From a virus (Duplodnaviria; Caudoviricetes), in the IMG/VR virus record IMGVR_UViG_3300017747_002572, positions 1 to 40,581 of that record: DNA of 40,581 bases, one strand, 5' to 3'. Positions 18,382-25,857 of the stretch are shown here, piece after piece. The notes under the pieces are model-generated. The model was not told where the DNA came from, ran no database searches, and saw nothing but the letters and a program-made list of their open reading frames with translations. The first letter of the stretch is position 1. Each line of letters starts with the position of its first letter. A program made the position numbers and the translations under genes.

Positions 18382-18779
18382 GCTGCTTTCTCCTGTGTTG
18401 GGTCGCTCCAGACAATGCCGTTCGCTGCGCCCCATGCGAAAAGGAACTCGATAAGTTCGCTCATCTCGTCCTTCGACAGGTCAGAGGACGATTGCCCCCA
18501 AGGAAGGAACGTCTTGCCGTCGAGGGCGGGGATGAACTGGACCTCGCGCCCGCATGCATGCATCATGAGGATTTTCCACTGGTCCGGGGTGTACTTCCTC
18601 CCGGCGTGTTCCTTCTGGTTCGCCACATCGGTCAGCATGGCCCACATCCTATCGTTCTGCGGCAGGGTGCGCTTGCTGGCCTTGAACTCGATACGGGTGA
18701 AGGCCGGGGCCTTCTGGCACCACGTAGCGGCCTTGCGGCGATCGGTATCGGAGCGGACTACAATTAAAGCGCGGCCCAT
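18378..18779 (-). CDS. ninB: NinB/Orf-family recombination accessory protein
   Basis: KRTLPQNDRMWAMLTDVA.Q....G......WK...SS.L.K.EMSELIEFL.AWGA..GI.WS signature. Confidence 0.85.
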   Translation of the reverse strand: MGRALIVVRSDTDRRKAATWCQKAPAFTRIEFKASKRTLPQNDRMWAMLTDVANQKEHAGRKYTPDQWKILMMHACGREVQFIPALDGKTFLPWGQSSSDLSKDEMSELIEFLFAWGAANGIVWSDPTQEKAA

Positions 18780-19432
18780 CAGCGTGCAGCCTCCAGATTG
18801 AGGGCTTTGACCGACGCGGCTTCCGAAACGCGCTGTTGCTGCTCTCGCGGCAGGCGGAGGAAGTCAACCCGGAGCAGTTCCCTTGTGCTCTCCAGCGCCT
18901 TGGCGGTCGTCGCCATGTTGATCTGCTCAATCATCTTGTCTGCTGCGGTATCTGCCGCGTTCGGAGCGATGCGGACGGTGGTAGCATTCGCAGGCGGCGG
19001 GGCGCGCTCGACGTTCTCCTGCGTCTTGTCATAGAGGGCGAGGCCGAACAGGTTGCCGAACGTCATAAGGGCGCGCTTCATCGCGTCCGTCTCGGCTTCC
19101 TTCAGCGCGCTCTCGTGAGCTCGACCTAGATCGCGGTCGATGCCAGAGCCAAAGCCGCACCCTTCCCGGACCACGTCGCCAACGGTCACGCGGACCTTCG
19201 ACATGTAGCCGACGACCCAGTTGCTCTTGTCGTTCTGGTAGGGGGCGTGAACCTCCTTTAGGTCCACTGTCTGGCGAGCCCAGCCGTCGAATCCGAAAAT
19301 CCGGTTGGCTTCCGAGATGACCCACCAGCCTTCGACATAGGACAGCGAGCGCCCGGCCTGCGTTCTCGTCGCGACGGCGGACGCGTCCAGCTTCGCGTCC
19401 AGCGCGGCGTTCTGTTCGGCGGTGAAGCTCAT
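18779..19432 (-). CDS. Rad52/Rad22-family single-strand annealing protein (Sak-like)
   Basis: LSYVEGW.VI.EANRIFGFDGW, REG.G.G, A.KEAETDAMKRA...FGN.FGL.LYDK. Confidence 0.92.
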   Translation of the reverse strand: MSFTAEQNAALDAKLDASAVATRTQAGRSLSYVEGWWVISEANRIFGFDGWARQTVDLKEVHAPYQNDKSNWVVGYMSKVRVTVGDVVREGCGFGSGIDRDLGRAHESALKEAETDAMKRALMTFGNLFGLALYDKTQENVERAPPPANATTVRIAPNAADTAADKMIEQINMATTAKALESTRELLRVDFLRLPREQQQRVSEAASVKALNLEAAR

Positions 19433-19923
19433 GCGCGTATCGTCAGGTGAGGTTCAGCGTTGCTAAGGACGGCGCCGGGGACTTCCTCGTTGGCGAGGAG
19501 GCGATCGCGGATCGCTTTCTTGTCCACGGTCGGCGGTGGGTGGTTCCATGCCCACTCTGGCAGGGACGCCTCGTCCACGATCTTGACGGCCCGAGAGCCA
19601 GCCGAGACGGTTGCGGTGAAGTCCGGACGTGAGATGCGCTTTACCCCAACCTCCTGCATCAGCACCTTTGCGGCGGCCTTGCGCTTGCCTGAGCGGTGGT
19701 TGATGCGCTCGTGGCGCTTCGTTAGCGCGGCGATGTATTCAGCGAGGCCAAGCGCCTCTGCCTTGTCCTCCTGGCTGGACCGGATGAGGTCCGCAGCGAG
19801 GTCGAGTGCGCCCGTCATCCCGTCGAGGGTATCGGTCAGCGTCTCGGGATCAATGTCGGGATGGTCCCGCAGGAGCCCTTCCCGGAGGCGCTTCCATGCT
19901 TCTGTGAGAGAGGCGGTGTTCAT
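19429..19923 (-). CDS. Siphovirus Gp157-like (Gam-like) protein
   Basis: ETL.DTLDG, coiled coil, V.IVDE..LP.....P..DKKAI...L..GEEVPGA.L-like pattern; adjacent to the annealing protein. Confidence 0.8.
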   Translation of the reverse strand: MNTASLTEAWKRLREGLLRDHPDIDPETLTDTLDGMTGALDLAADLIRSSQEDKAEALGLAEYIAALTKRHERINHRSGKRKAAAKVLMQEVGVKRISRPDFTATVSAGSRAVKIVDEASLPEWAWNHPPPTVDKKAIRDRLLANEEVPGAVLSNAEPHLTIRA

Positions 19924-20111
19924 TGAGTGGAACTCCAGACAATCCCCACGTAAGCGCCAAACACTGTTGCCCCGAGGAGCACAGTGAAAACGTGGATGCG
20001 CCAGCCAAAGCGCTCGATCAGGCTGCTCAGGCTTGAGATGTAGGCCACGACTGCCGCCACGATGAGCGCGCCACCGAATGCCCAGAAGAAAGCACTCCAG
20101 AACGGGCTCAT
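19920..20111 (-). CDS. Small two-TM membrane protein
   Basis: 63 aa with two hydrophobic segments; coupled overlaps. Confidence 0.6.
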   Translation of the reverse strand: MSPFWSAFFWAFGGALIVAAVVAYISSLSSLIERFGWRIHVFTVLLGATVFGAYVGIVWSSTQ

Positions 20112-20308
20112 GCCGCCTCCTTCGTTCCGAGTGTGTGGACGAGGTTCTGGAGCCTCCGGATGGCGTCGTAGATCAGCCCCTCATCCATGCGGAGGGATTC
20201 TCTCTCTGCTTCACCCTTGCTGGCGAAGTTGATGATGTTGTCTACCGAGGACGTGACGCCAAAGATGTGCTGGTCGCTGTCCATGCGGGTGAGGTGGTCG
20301 GGGGTCAT
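20108..20308 (-). CDS. Hypothetical protein
   Basis: 66 aa, ATGA overlaps on both sides. Confidence 0.6.
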   Translation of the reverse strand: MTPDHLTRMDSDQHIFGVTSSVDNIINFASKGEAERESLRMDEGLIYDAIRRLQNLVHTLGTKEAA

Positions 20309-20628
20309 GCTTCACCCCTGGCTTTAGCGAGGGCGGCGTCTAACTCGACCATGAACTCGCACAGTTCGCTTTGGGTCAGGTCGCCGTAGTCACCTCCGCG
20401 CGAGTTGGCGAGGACCTGTGCACGGGCGGCAGTGCCGGCAAAGTCGGGGGCGGCAGAGATCAGGCGGGCGTTTGCTTCGGCAGGCGGCCATGCGCCGTCT
20501 GCCGACCGCCCGAAAGCCTCGGCTATGACCGGCGCGTCCTTCCCGCTGATGGCGTAGTCGTACTGCCCGTCGACCCGGTTCAATGCCCGACGCGAATGCC
20601 ACGGCCCCGGCGTCCACTTCTCGCTCAT
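20305..20628 (-). CDS. Conserved phage hypothetical (TPGPW...EANARLI.AAP family)
   Basis: ATG 20628 with GGAG RBS; WTPGPW and EANARLISAAPD motifs common in phage early regions. Confidence 0.75.
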   Translation of the reverse strand: MSEKWTPGPWHSRRALNRVDGQYDYAISGKDAPVIAEAFGRSADGAWPPAEANARLISAAPDFAGTAARAQVLANSRGGDYGDLTQSELCEFMVELDAALAKARGEA

Positions 20629-20756
20629 GTGCATTCTCCAAAGCTCATGTTGACGCCCGCACCCATCAGGGTGACGTAGAGGCGGGGACGAGCGCGGCGT
20701 CTGGTCCTGGCGCTGCACGCAATCACGAAGGTGAGGAGGTCGAAGGCGCTACGCAT
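20625..20756 (-). CDS. Small hypothetical protein (43 aa)
   Basis: GAGGAGG RBS upstream; overlaps both neighbours. Confidence 0.45.
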   Translation of the reverse strand: MRSAFDLLTFVIACSARTRRRARPRLYVTLMGAGVNMSFGECT

Positions 20757-20955
20757 CGGCGGCCGCCTCCTCTGCGGCTTCGAGCGCGGTGGCGATCCGA
20801 ATGGCCAGCTTCGCGTGAATGTTCGACGCGTGCGGGCACCCCTTCTTCCGAGGGTCGCCGAGTTGGTCCATGCAGATCGGCGCGCACGTCCCTTGCCCGG
20901 TCTCAAAGGCCCTGCTTCTGCAGATCGCGCCTGCGATGATTTCAGGACGGCTCAT
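20749..20955 (-). CDS. Small Cys-rich hypothetical protein
   Basis: ATG 20955 (TGATG overlap); four Cys and two His. Confidence 0.55.
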   Translation of the reverse strand: MSRPEIIAGAICRSRAFETGQGTCAPICMDQLGDPRKKGCPHASNIHAKLAIRIATALEAAEEAAADA

Positions 20956-21059
20956 CAAACCATCCCCCTCACGCTCAAGGCCGAGAGAGCTATTCCGATC
21001 GAGGCCAGGAAGATCAGAAGCGCGAGGAGGGCGGAGACGTTCCTGAGGAGGTCGTTCAT
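20955..21059 (-). CDS. 34-aa single-TM protein
   Basis: MNDLLRNVSALLALLIFLASIGIALSALSVRGMV; ATGA overlap. Confidence 0.5.
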   Translation of the reverse strand: MNDLLRNVSALLALLIFLASIGIALSALSVRGMV

Positions 21060-21340
21060 GGCGCAACCTTCGCCGCTTGCTGTGCGGCCCTTTTCGCCGC
21101 CTCCTGACGCTTGTAGAGATCGATCTCGATGAAGCCCTCTGCGGCTTCCGAGAGCATGTTCGCTGTAAGTCGGCGCTCGGACTTCGGCGAAGACCCGCAC
21201 CGGACGAGGTCAAAGGCACCTGACAGCGCCACAAGGTCTTCGTAGCGCATGCGCTTGATGAGGCGCATCATGGTCAGCCCGGTCGGCTGCTGGCCTTCGT
21301 GGAAGCCGTCGTCGCTAAGCCCCTTGATAAGCACGCTCAT
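21056..21340 (-). CDS. Hypothetical protein
   Basis: 94 aa, GAGGA RBS. Confidence 0.6.
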   Translation of the reverse strand: MSVLIKGLSDDGFHEGQQPTGLTMMRLIKRMRYEDLVALSGAFDLVRCGSSPKSERRLTANMLSEAAEGFIEIDLYKRQEAAKRAAQQAAKVAP

Positions 21341-21343
21341 TGG

Positions 21344-21688
21344 CTATTCCTCCCGGCCCATGCTGCGGTCGAGGTCGTATTCCTCGGCAATGTATTCGGC
21401 CGCCTCCTGACGCTCCGACAGGACGTAGGGCCCGGAAGCCTCATAAGTGCCGCCCTCGACGTTCGCGTACAGCCATCCGATAAACTCGGAGGCACGAAGG
21501 GGCCGGGAAGGCGCTCCCGTGTTGCCGCAGACGAAGGCATCGTCAAACCGCTCCGCCGTGACGCGCTGGCCGCTGGTGAGGAAGGCGGTGAAGGTCGTGC
21601 CCTCTGCCGGCGCGGTCTGCATCGGCTCAAGGTCGAGGGAGAGGCGGAAGGCTTCCTTGAGGGCTTCGTGGGTGGTGGGGGCGTTCAT
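21344..21688 (-). CDS. First gene of the leftward early operon, hypothetical
   Basis: ATG 21688 with GAGGAG RBS; no HTH or peptidase S24 features, so not a CI repressor. Confidence 0.65.
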   Translation of the reverse strand: MNAPTTHEALKEAFRLSLDLEPMQTAPAEGTTFTAFLTSGQRVTAERFDDAFVCGNTGAPSRPLRASEFIGWLYANVEGGTYEASGPYVLSERQEAAEYIAEEYDLDRSMGREE

Positions 21689-21811
21689 CTCGGTTCTCCT
21701 CGGTGCCGTCTGTGCGGCTCGTTTCGATGTCCAATGTTTGCCACGACGCGAACCGCGACGCAAGCATTAAATGCGCTTGCAAGCGAAAAAGATTTGAGGC
21801 ATGGTGACCCC
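21689..21811. promoter_or_regulatory. Divergent early control region
   Basis: AT-richer gap between divergent operons; perfect palindrome CGCTTGCAAGCG (21774-21785); inverted repeat GCAAGC-9-GCTTGC (21760-21780); TTGCAA-17-CATGGT pointing at the cro ATG. Confidence 0.6.
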
Positions 21812-22039
21812 ATGAACGACACAAAACACCCCCTTCGGCTCTGGCGCAAGGCGAACGGCCTCACCCAGACGCAGCTCGGCAAAGCCATCGGCATCAAGGC
21901 CCCCCAGGTCTGTTCAATCGAAAACTGGAAGCGCGGCACGTCCATAGAGACGGCGGTCAAGATCGAGCGCCTTACGGGCGGCGCGATCCCGCTGGACAGC
22001 CTGCTGCGCCCTGACGCCAGAGAGGCTGCCCTTACATGA
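21812..22039 (+). CDS. Cro-like XRE-family HTH regulator
   Basis: LRLWRKANGLTQTQLGKAIGI...QV.SIEN.KR......AVKIERLTGGAI....LRPD; 75 aa, no C-terminal domain. Confidence 0.85.
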   Translation: MNDTKHPLRLWRKANGLTQTQLGKAIGIKAPQVCSIENWKRGTSIETAVKIERLTGGAIPLDSLLRPDAREAALT

Positions 22040-22093
22040 ATACCGCGCGCATGCGGATTCCCGCCGGGTACCCTCTCGGTACATGCGCCAACT

Positions 22094-22132
22094 GGGGCGT
22101 GGAGCCAACCGGCTCCGCCCCCTCTTTCTTTC
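22094..22132 (+). terminator. Putative intrinsic terminator after cro (tR1-like position)
   Basis: ggggc(gt)ggagcc-aacc-ggctccgcccc stem followed by tctttctttc. Confidence 0.55.
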
Positions 22133-22150
22133 GCAACTGAGGAGAGCCTG

Positions 22151-22468
22151 ATGTTCTACGTTGGGCAGTTCGTGCTTTGCGTCGATGACCGGAATAGCGA
22201 GGTGCTAGGAATTTACCCGCCAGCCGGGGTGAAATGGCGTCACGGTTTACACGGGCTTAGGCGCGGCGCTGTCTATACCGTTCGATCTCTCTCTAGTTTG
22301 TGGGACGAACCGGCTCTCCACATAGAGGAGATTGTCCGGCCTATAGACCGCATAACGGGCACAGAACCCGGCTTTTGGTCTCGTCGCTTCATGCCCCTCA
22401 AGGACAGTTCCCTAGAAGTCTTTCGCAAGGCCCTTGAGCCCGCTCCCAACGAGACGGAACCGGCATAG
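22151..22468 (+). CDS. Conserved phage hypothetical (SH3-like F.VGQ.V.CVDD family)
   Basis: F.VGQ.V.CVDD...L.RG.VYTVR...F...RF.PL pattern; GAGGAG RBS. Confidence 0.65.
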   Translation: MFYVGQFVLCVDDRNSEVLGIYPPAGVKWRHGLHGLRRGAVYTVRSLSSLWDEPALHIEEIVRPIDRITGTEPGFWSRRFMPLKDSSLEVFRKALEPAPNETEPA

Positions 22469-22861
22469 ATGCCCCGCAGGGATCAACCCGAGTTCAGGTT
22501 GCAGTGCGCCGTCGCGGACCTTCTCCGCCTGACGGCCAATCCCGGCGTCTACTGGACCGCTCTACCGTTCGGGGAAAAGCGCAGCCTTGAGACAGGCGCT
22601 CGCCTCAAGCGCATGGGCGTCCGCGCTGGCGCGGGGGACATCCTTTTCCTCATCAACGGTCGAGCCGTGATGTTGGAACTGAAGGTCGGGAAAGGTCGCC
22701 AGAACGAGAACCAGATCGCCACGGAGGAAGCGTGGACGGTGGCGAGGGGGCTTTACCACGTCGCCCGCAGCTTCAACGAGGCTCGGGACTTCCTGGAGAT
22801 GATCGGGGCCATTTATCCCGACCGATCCCTTATCCGTCACCAGCCAGAGGAGAGAGCATGA
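22469..22861 (+). CDS. VRR-NUC / PD-(D/E)xK nuclease
   Basis: E..LQ..V, G.RLKRMGVRAG.GD......G....LELK...GRQ...Q. Confidence 0.85.
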   Translation: MPRRDQPEFRLQCAVADLLRLTANPGVYWTALPFGEKRSLETGARLKRMGVRAGAGDILFLINGRAVMLELKVGKGRQNENQIATEEAWTVARGLYHVARSFNEARDFLEMIGAIYPDRSLIRHQPEERA

Positions 22862-22998
22862 ACCAGACAAACGCGATCGCTACTTCCGTGAAGATTCGCA
22901 TTCTCATGCGGATGGGCATGGACACCGTCGACATCGCCAAGTCCTACAACACCACCGAGGCGGCGATATGGAACGCTCTGGCGAGGGCTGGCGCATGA
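22858..22998 (+). CDS. Small HTH-like protein (46 aa)
   Basis: G.DT.DIA.....TEAAIWNAL pattern; ATGA overlaps on both sides. Confidence 0.55.
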   Translation: MNQTNAIATSVKIRILMRMGMDTVDIAKSYNTTEAAIWNALARAGA

Positions 22999-23501
22999 GC
23001 CAGCTCATATCGGTCTCGGCGCCGTCAAGCGGCAGGGAGATGCTGGAGCGGGCAGCGATGCGGCGAAGGGCGTTCTTCCCTGACCACTTCACTGTTCGCG
23101 TCCGTCGAACCATAGCACCGCGTATCGTCTATGACGAGCCCGTGGAAATTTCGCGCCCGCCGGCAATCGACCTTGCCGCCGAGGCGGCGGCCATCATCGC
23201 TCTCGTTGGCCGCCGCGTTCGCGTCATCGACGTGATCTGTGCGACCGCCGAGCACTTCGGCATCCGCAAGATCGACCTCATTTCAGAGCGGCGGACAAAA
23301 GCGATCACCATTCCCCGTCAGGTGGTAATGTACCTTTCCCGCGAGTTAACTTCTCGGTCACTCCAGGAGATAGGACAGCTTCTCGGCGGCAAGGACCACT
23401 CCACGATCATCCATGGCTGCCGCAACGTCGAGAAGTGGACTGCACAAGGCTTGCCCATCCTGGCTGACGTTGATGCCATCCGCACGCGGCTTCTGGCTTG
23501 A
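22995..23501 (+). CDS. DnaA domain IV (Bac_DnaA_C)-containing DNA-binding protein
   Basis: A.HFGI...DL.S.RR......PRQV.MYL.RELT..SL.EIG..LGGKDHSTIIH signature, no AAA+ domain. Confidence 0.9.
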   Translation: MSQLISVSAPSSGREMLERAAMRRRAFFPDHFTVRVRRTIAPRIVYDEPVEISRPPAIDLAAEAAAIIALVGRRVRVIDVICATAEHFGIRKIDLISERRTKAITIPRQVVMYLSRELTSRSLQEIGQLLGGKDHSTIIHGCRNVEKWTAQGLPILADVDAIRTRLLA

Positions 23502-23526
23502 CCGACGCGCCGAGCCATCTTAGGGT
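23498..23526 (+). promoter_or_regulatory. Sigma70-type promoter for the replication gene
   Basis: TTGACC (23498-23503), 17 nt, TAGGGT (23521-23526). Confidence 0.6.
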
Positions 23527-23631
23527 GAATCGTTCTACCCCTCGGAAGTCATGAGCCGAGGTTCCGCGCTGGCGGGGTTTAACCGGGGTGCTCTCTCCCC
23601 CGGTGCCCCAGCCTCGCCTTGAGAGAGACGC

Positions 23632-24618
23632 ATGGCAATAGACCCAGACCATTTACGCCAGCTTTCCGCCCTCGGCTTGACCGGGGAGCAGATGGGCGCG
23701 GTTCTCGCCATTATCGCGGATGCCGTCGAGGCTGGCCCCAAGACCACATCGGCCGGCGCTGAGCGCACCAGACGGTGGCGCGAGCGTCACGGCGTAACGT
23801 CACAGAACGTCACAAAGACGTCACCTGTAACGTCACCTGTAACGTCACAAGTGACGCCCGAAACCGTCACAAGTGACGCCCCTCGCGTAGGCGCGCGCGC
23901 AGAACCCAAGATTACTAACTCTTCCGTACCCATTCCAGAAAGGAAGAAAGAAAGTAAGAATATTGGTGGGTTGCCACCCACCCACCCACCCACCCACTTC
24001 GATCGGTTCTGGTCAGCCTATCCGAAGCGGGCAGGGAACAACCCGAAGCATCCTGCCTCCCTGAAGTTCATTGCTGCCGTCAAGGCGGGCGTTGATCCCG
24101 AGGCCATCATCGCAGCCGCCGGGCGATACGCCGAGGCCGAGGAGGCGCTGGGTCATACCCGAACCGAGTTCGTCCAGCAGGCCGTCACCTGGCTCAACCA
24201 GCGCGGCTGGGAAAGCTACCCGGCCGTTGAGGCAGAGCCTACCGGCCCTCCGCTGGACCCTTCCCGGCCTACTGCTGACGAGCTGCGAGCCAAATACACG
24301 CGGATGATCGAGGAGGAAAAACGCAATGACAGCCAAGCCCAAGCCCATCTGGACGCCGAAGCCGCGAACGACCACCCGGATCGAAGCGGAGTTCTTCCCC
24401 AAGGCGTTGGACTACATCGAGAAATTGAAGCGGGGCAAGCCGCCGACCTACTCCCCGCCGCTCCGCGTCATCAAGCAGGACAGCCCGGAATGGCGGGGAT
24501 GGGCGGCCTATTTCCGGACGGTGTACGGCGAGGAGCCAGTGGCAATGAAAATGGTGCGCGCCGGCCGCGCGCCTTCGATGACGATGCCGACGCAGTGGCC
24601 CGAGCACTTCGACATTGA
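23632..24618 (+). CDS. Replication initiator (lambda O-like organisation)
   Basis: AERTRRWRER followed by an iteron-encoded VTS linker; FDRFWSAYPKR...A..KF...TWLNQ.GW domain. Confidence 0.8.
   Translation: MAIDPDHLRQLSALGLTGEQMGAVLAIIADAVEAGPKTTSAGAERTRRWRERHGVTSQNVTKTSPVTSPVTSQVTPETVTSDAPRVGARAEPKITNSSVPIPERKKESKNIGGLPPTHPPTHFDRFWSAYPKRAGNNPKHPASLKFIAAVKAGVDPEAIIAAAGRYAEAEEALGHTRTEFVQQAVTWLNQRGWESYPAVEAEPTGPPLDPSRPTADELRAKYTRMIEEEKRNDSQAQAHLDAEAANDHPDRSGVLPQGVGLHREIEAGQAADLLPAAPRHQAGQPGMAGMGGLFPDGVRRGASGNENGARRPRAFDDDADAVARALRH
23785..23965. repeat. Replication origin: CGTCAC iteron array plus A-rich tract
   Basis: CGTCAC at 23785, 23798, 23808, 23819, 23831, 23843, 23865; inverted GTGACG at 23851, 23873; agaaaggaagaaagaaagtaagaatatt follows. 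Confidence 0.8.
23974..23997. repeat. (CCAC)6 tetranucleotide repeat, reading as GGGT runs on the minus strand
   Basis: ccacccacccacccacccacccac read directly. Confidence 0.9.
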
Positions 24619-24916
24619 CTACGTTCCGCCAGATCGTCTGCCGGCAGACCGCGAGCCAGACAAGCGCCCGGACCCATCGCCTGCCGAGCGCGCCCGCGTT
24701 GCCGCTGGCTTCGATGCCTTGAAGCGAGAGCTGGCATCTGCGAACCTGTCGATGGCCAACCCCCACCCACTCCCGGAGGACCGCATCACCCGCGTGCCTG
24801 GAGCCATCTCGAGCAAGCTGAAGCCATACGTTCCGCCACGCACCGACTGGACGCCCGGTGGGCCACTGGACGCCGCCGCGCTGGCGGCACTACCCAACGC
24901 GAGGGCACGTCGATGA
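24326..24916 (+). CDS. Hypothetical protein overlapping the initiator C-terminus
   Basis: GAGGAGG RBS; protein-like sequence (SPEWRGWAAYFR, PTQWP); stop coupled to next gene (ATGA). Confidence 0.65.
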   Translation: MTAKPKPIWTPKPRTTTRIEAEFFPKALDYIEKLKRGKPPTYSPPLRVIKQDSPEWRGWAAYFRTVYGEEPVAMKMVRAGRAPSMTMPTQWPEHFDIDYVPPDRLPADREPDKRPDPSPAERARVAAGFDALKRELASANLSMANPHPLPEDRITRVPGAISSKLKPYVPPRTDWTPGGPLDAAALAALPNARARR

Positions 24917-25233
24917 GCGATCTACTGGAGCAACGCCGCGCAACCCACGGCGAGTTCACGGACCACGCCCGCGTCGTCCAGCGCCTCAAGGCCGTTGTGG
25001 CTGACGAAATGGTTCGGTGCGGCAAGGCGGAGCATGCGATGGCGTTTGGCGGGTTGCTGATTGTACAGTTCTCGGAACTTCTCAGCGCCGATGCCGTCAT
25101 TGCGGAGGCTCTGGACATGATCCTGCACAAGATCGGCCGCATCGTGGCTGGCGATGCTACGTTCAAGGATCACTGGGTAGGCATCGCCGGCTATGCTACG
25201 CTGGTAGCAGATCGGGTGGAGCCGCGCTCATGA
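24913..25233 (+). CDS. DUF6378-like phage protein
   Basis: L.QR...HG.F..HA...Q.LK...EALDMI.HKIGRI..GD....DHW..IAGYA.L. Confidence 0.7.
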   Translation: MSDLLEQRRATHGEFTDHARVVQRLKAVVADEMVRCGKAEHAMAFGGLLIVQFSELLSADAVIAEALDMILHKIGRIVAGDATFKDHWVGIAGYATLVADRVEPRS

Positions 25234-25424
25234 CCGAACACCTCCACGAACTCAAGCCGCCACGGACCACATTTGACATTCTCGTGGCCATCCTGGGCAA
25301 GCTCGACAACGAGCCTTTCACCTCGCCCGAGGACAGGGCCAAGAGGTTCGCCGCCCTCCTCAGCCTTGAGGGAAAGATGGTATTGGACGCCATCCCCATC
25401 CACCACGAAAGGGCAATCCGATGA
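25230..25424 (+). CDS. Hypothetical protein
   Basis: ATG 25230, ATGA overlaps on both sides. Confidence 0.55.
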   Translation: MTEHLHELKPPRTTFDILVAILGKLDNEPFTSPEDRAKRFAALLSLEGKMVLDAIPIHHERAIR

Positions 25425-25615
25425 GCGACGCGGACATTCCGAAGGGGCCGTTCACGCGCTGGTTTGATTATGGGTATGACGGCTGGCGCTTCGTTGACTA
25501 CCCGACACTTGAGGCGGCGGTGACGGCGACCACCTACCAGTCCGGGCCGGTCATCATCATGCGCCCGGTGGCATTCAAGGTTGAGATGCTGGTTGTGGAA
25601 GGAGAGTCCGTCTGA
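25421..25615 (+). CDS. Hypothetical protein
   Basis: 64 aa, coupled overlaps. Confidence 0.6.
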   Translation: MSDADIPKGPFTRWFDYGYDGWRFVDYPTLEAAVTATTYQSGPVIIMRPVAFKVEMLVVEGESV

Positions 25616-25857
25616 TGTCCTACAGCCCAATCCTCATTGCCTCCCTTGCCTTAGTAACCCAGAAAGGGCATCCTCAGTCAACGCCCTATGAGATAGCCAT
25701 TGGACACGCCGCAGCAGGCTGCAGCGGCAAGGAAGCCTTTGAGTCGCGATCTCTGGCCGCCAAGGTAGCCAGCAGACCCAGACGCCAGTTCCGCTCCCAC
25801 TCCCTGACACCCTACCGCTGCAAATCATGCAGCAAATGGCACATAGGCGCGAGATGA
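25615..25857 (+). CDS. Small zinc-finger protein
   Basis: C.GK..F.S...A...PYRC..C..WHIG pattern. Confidence 0.65.
   Translation: MSYSPILIASLALVTQKGHPQSTPYEIAIGHAAAGCSGKEAFESRSLAAKVASRPRRQFRSHSLTPYRCKSCSKWHIGAR

Noticed and set aside
22040-23631. tRNA genes in the structured intergenic regions (22040-22140, 23527-23631)
   Set aside because: Stems are present but there is no T-loop GTTCRA or cloverleaf geometry
23785-23878. CRISPR-like array
   Set aside because: Repeats are 6-12 bp with no unique spacers, lie in a coding region and fit iterons; no cas genes
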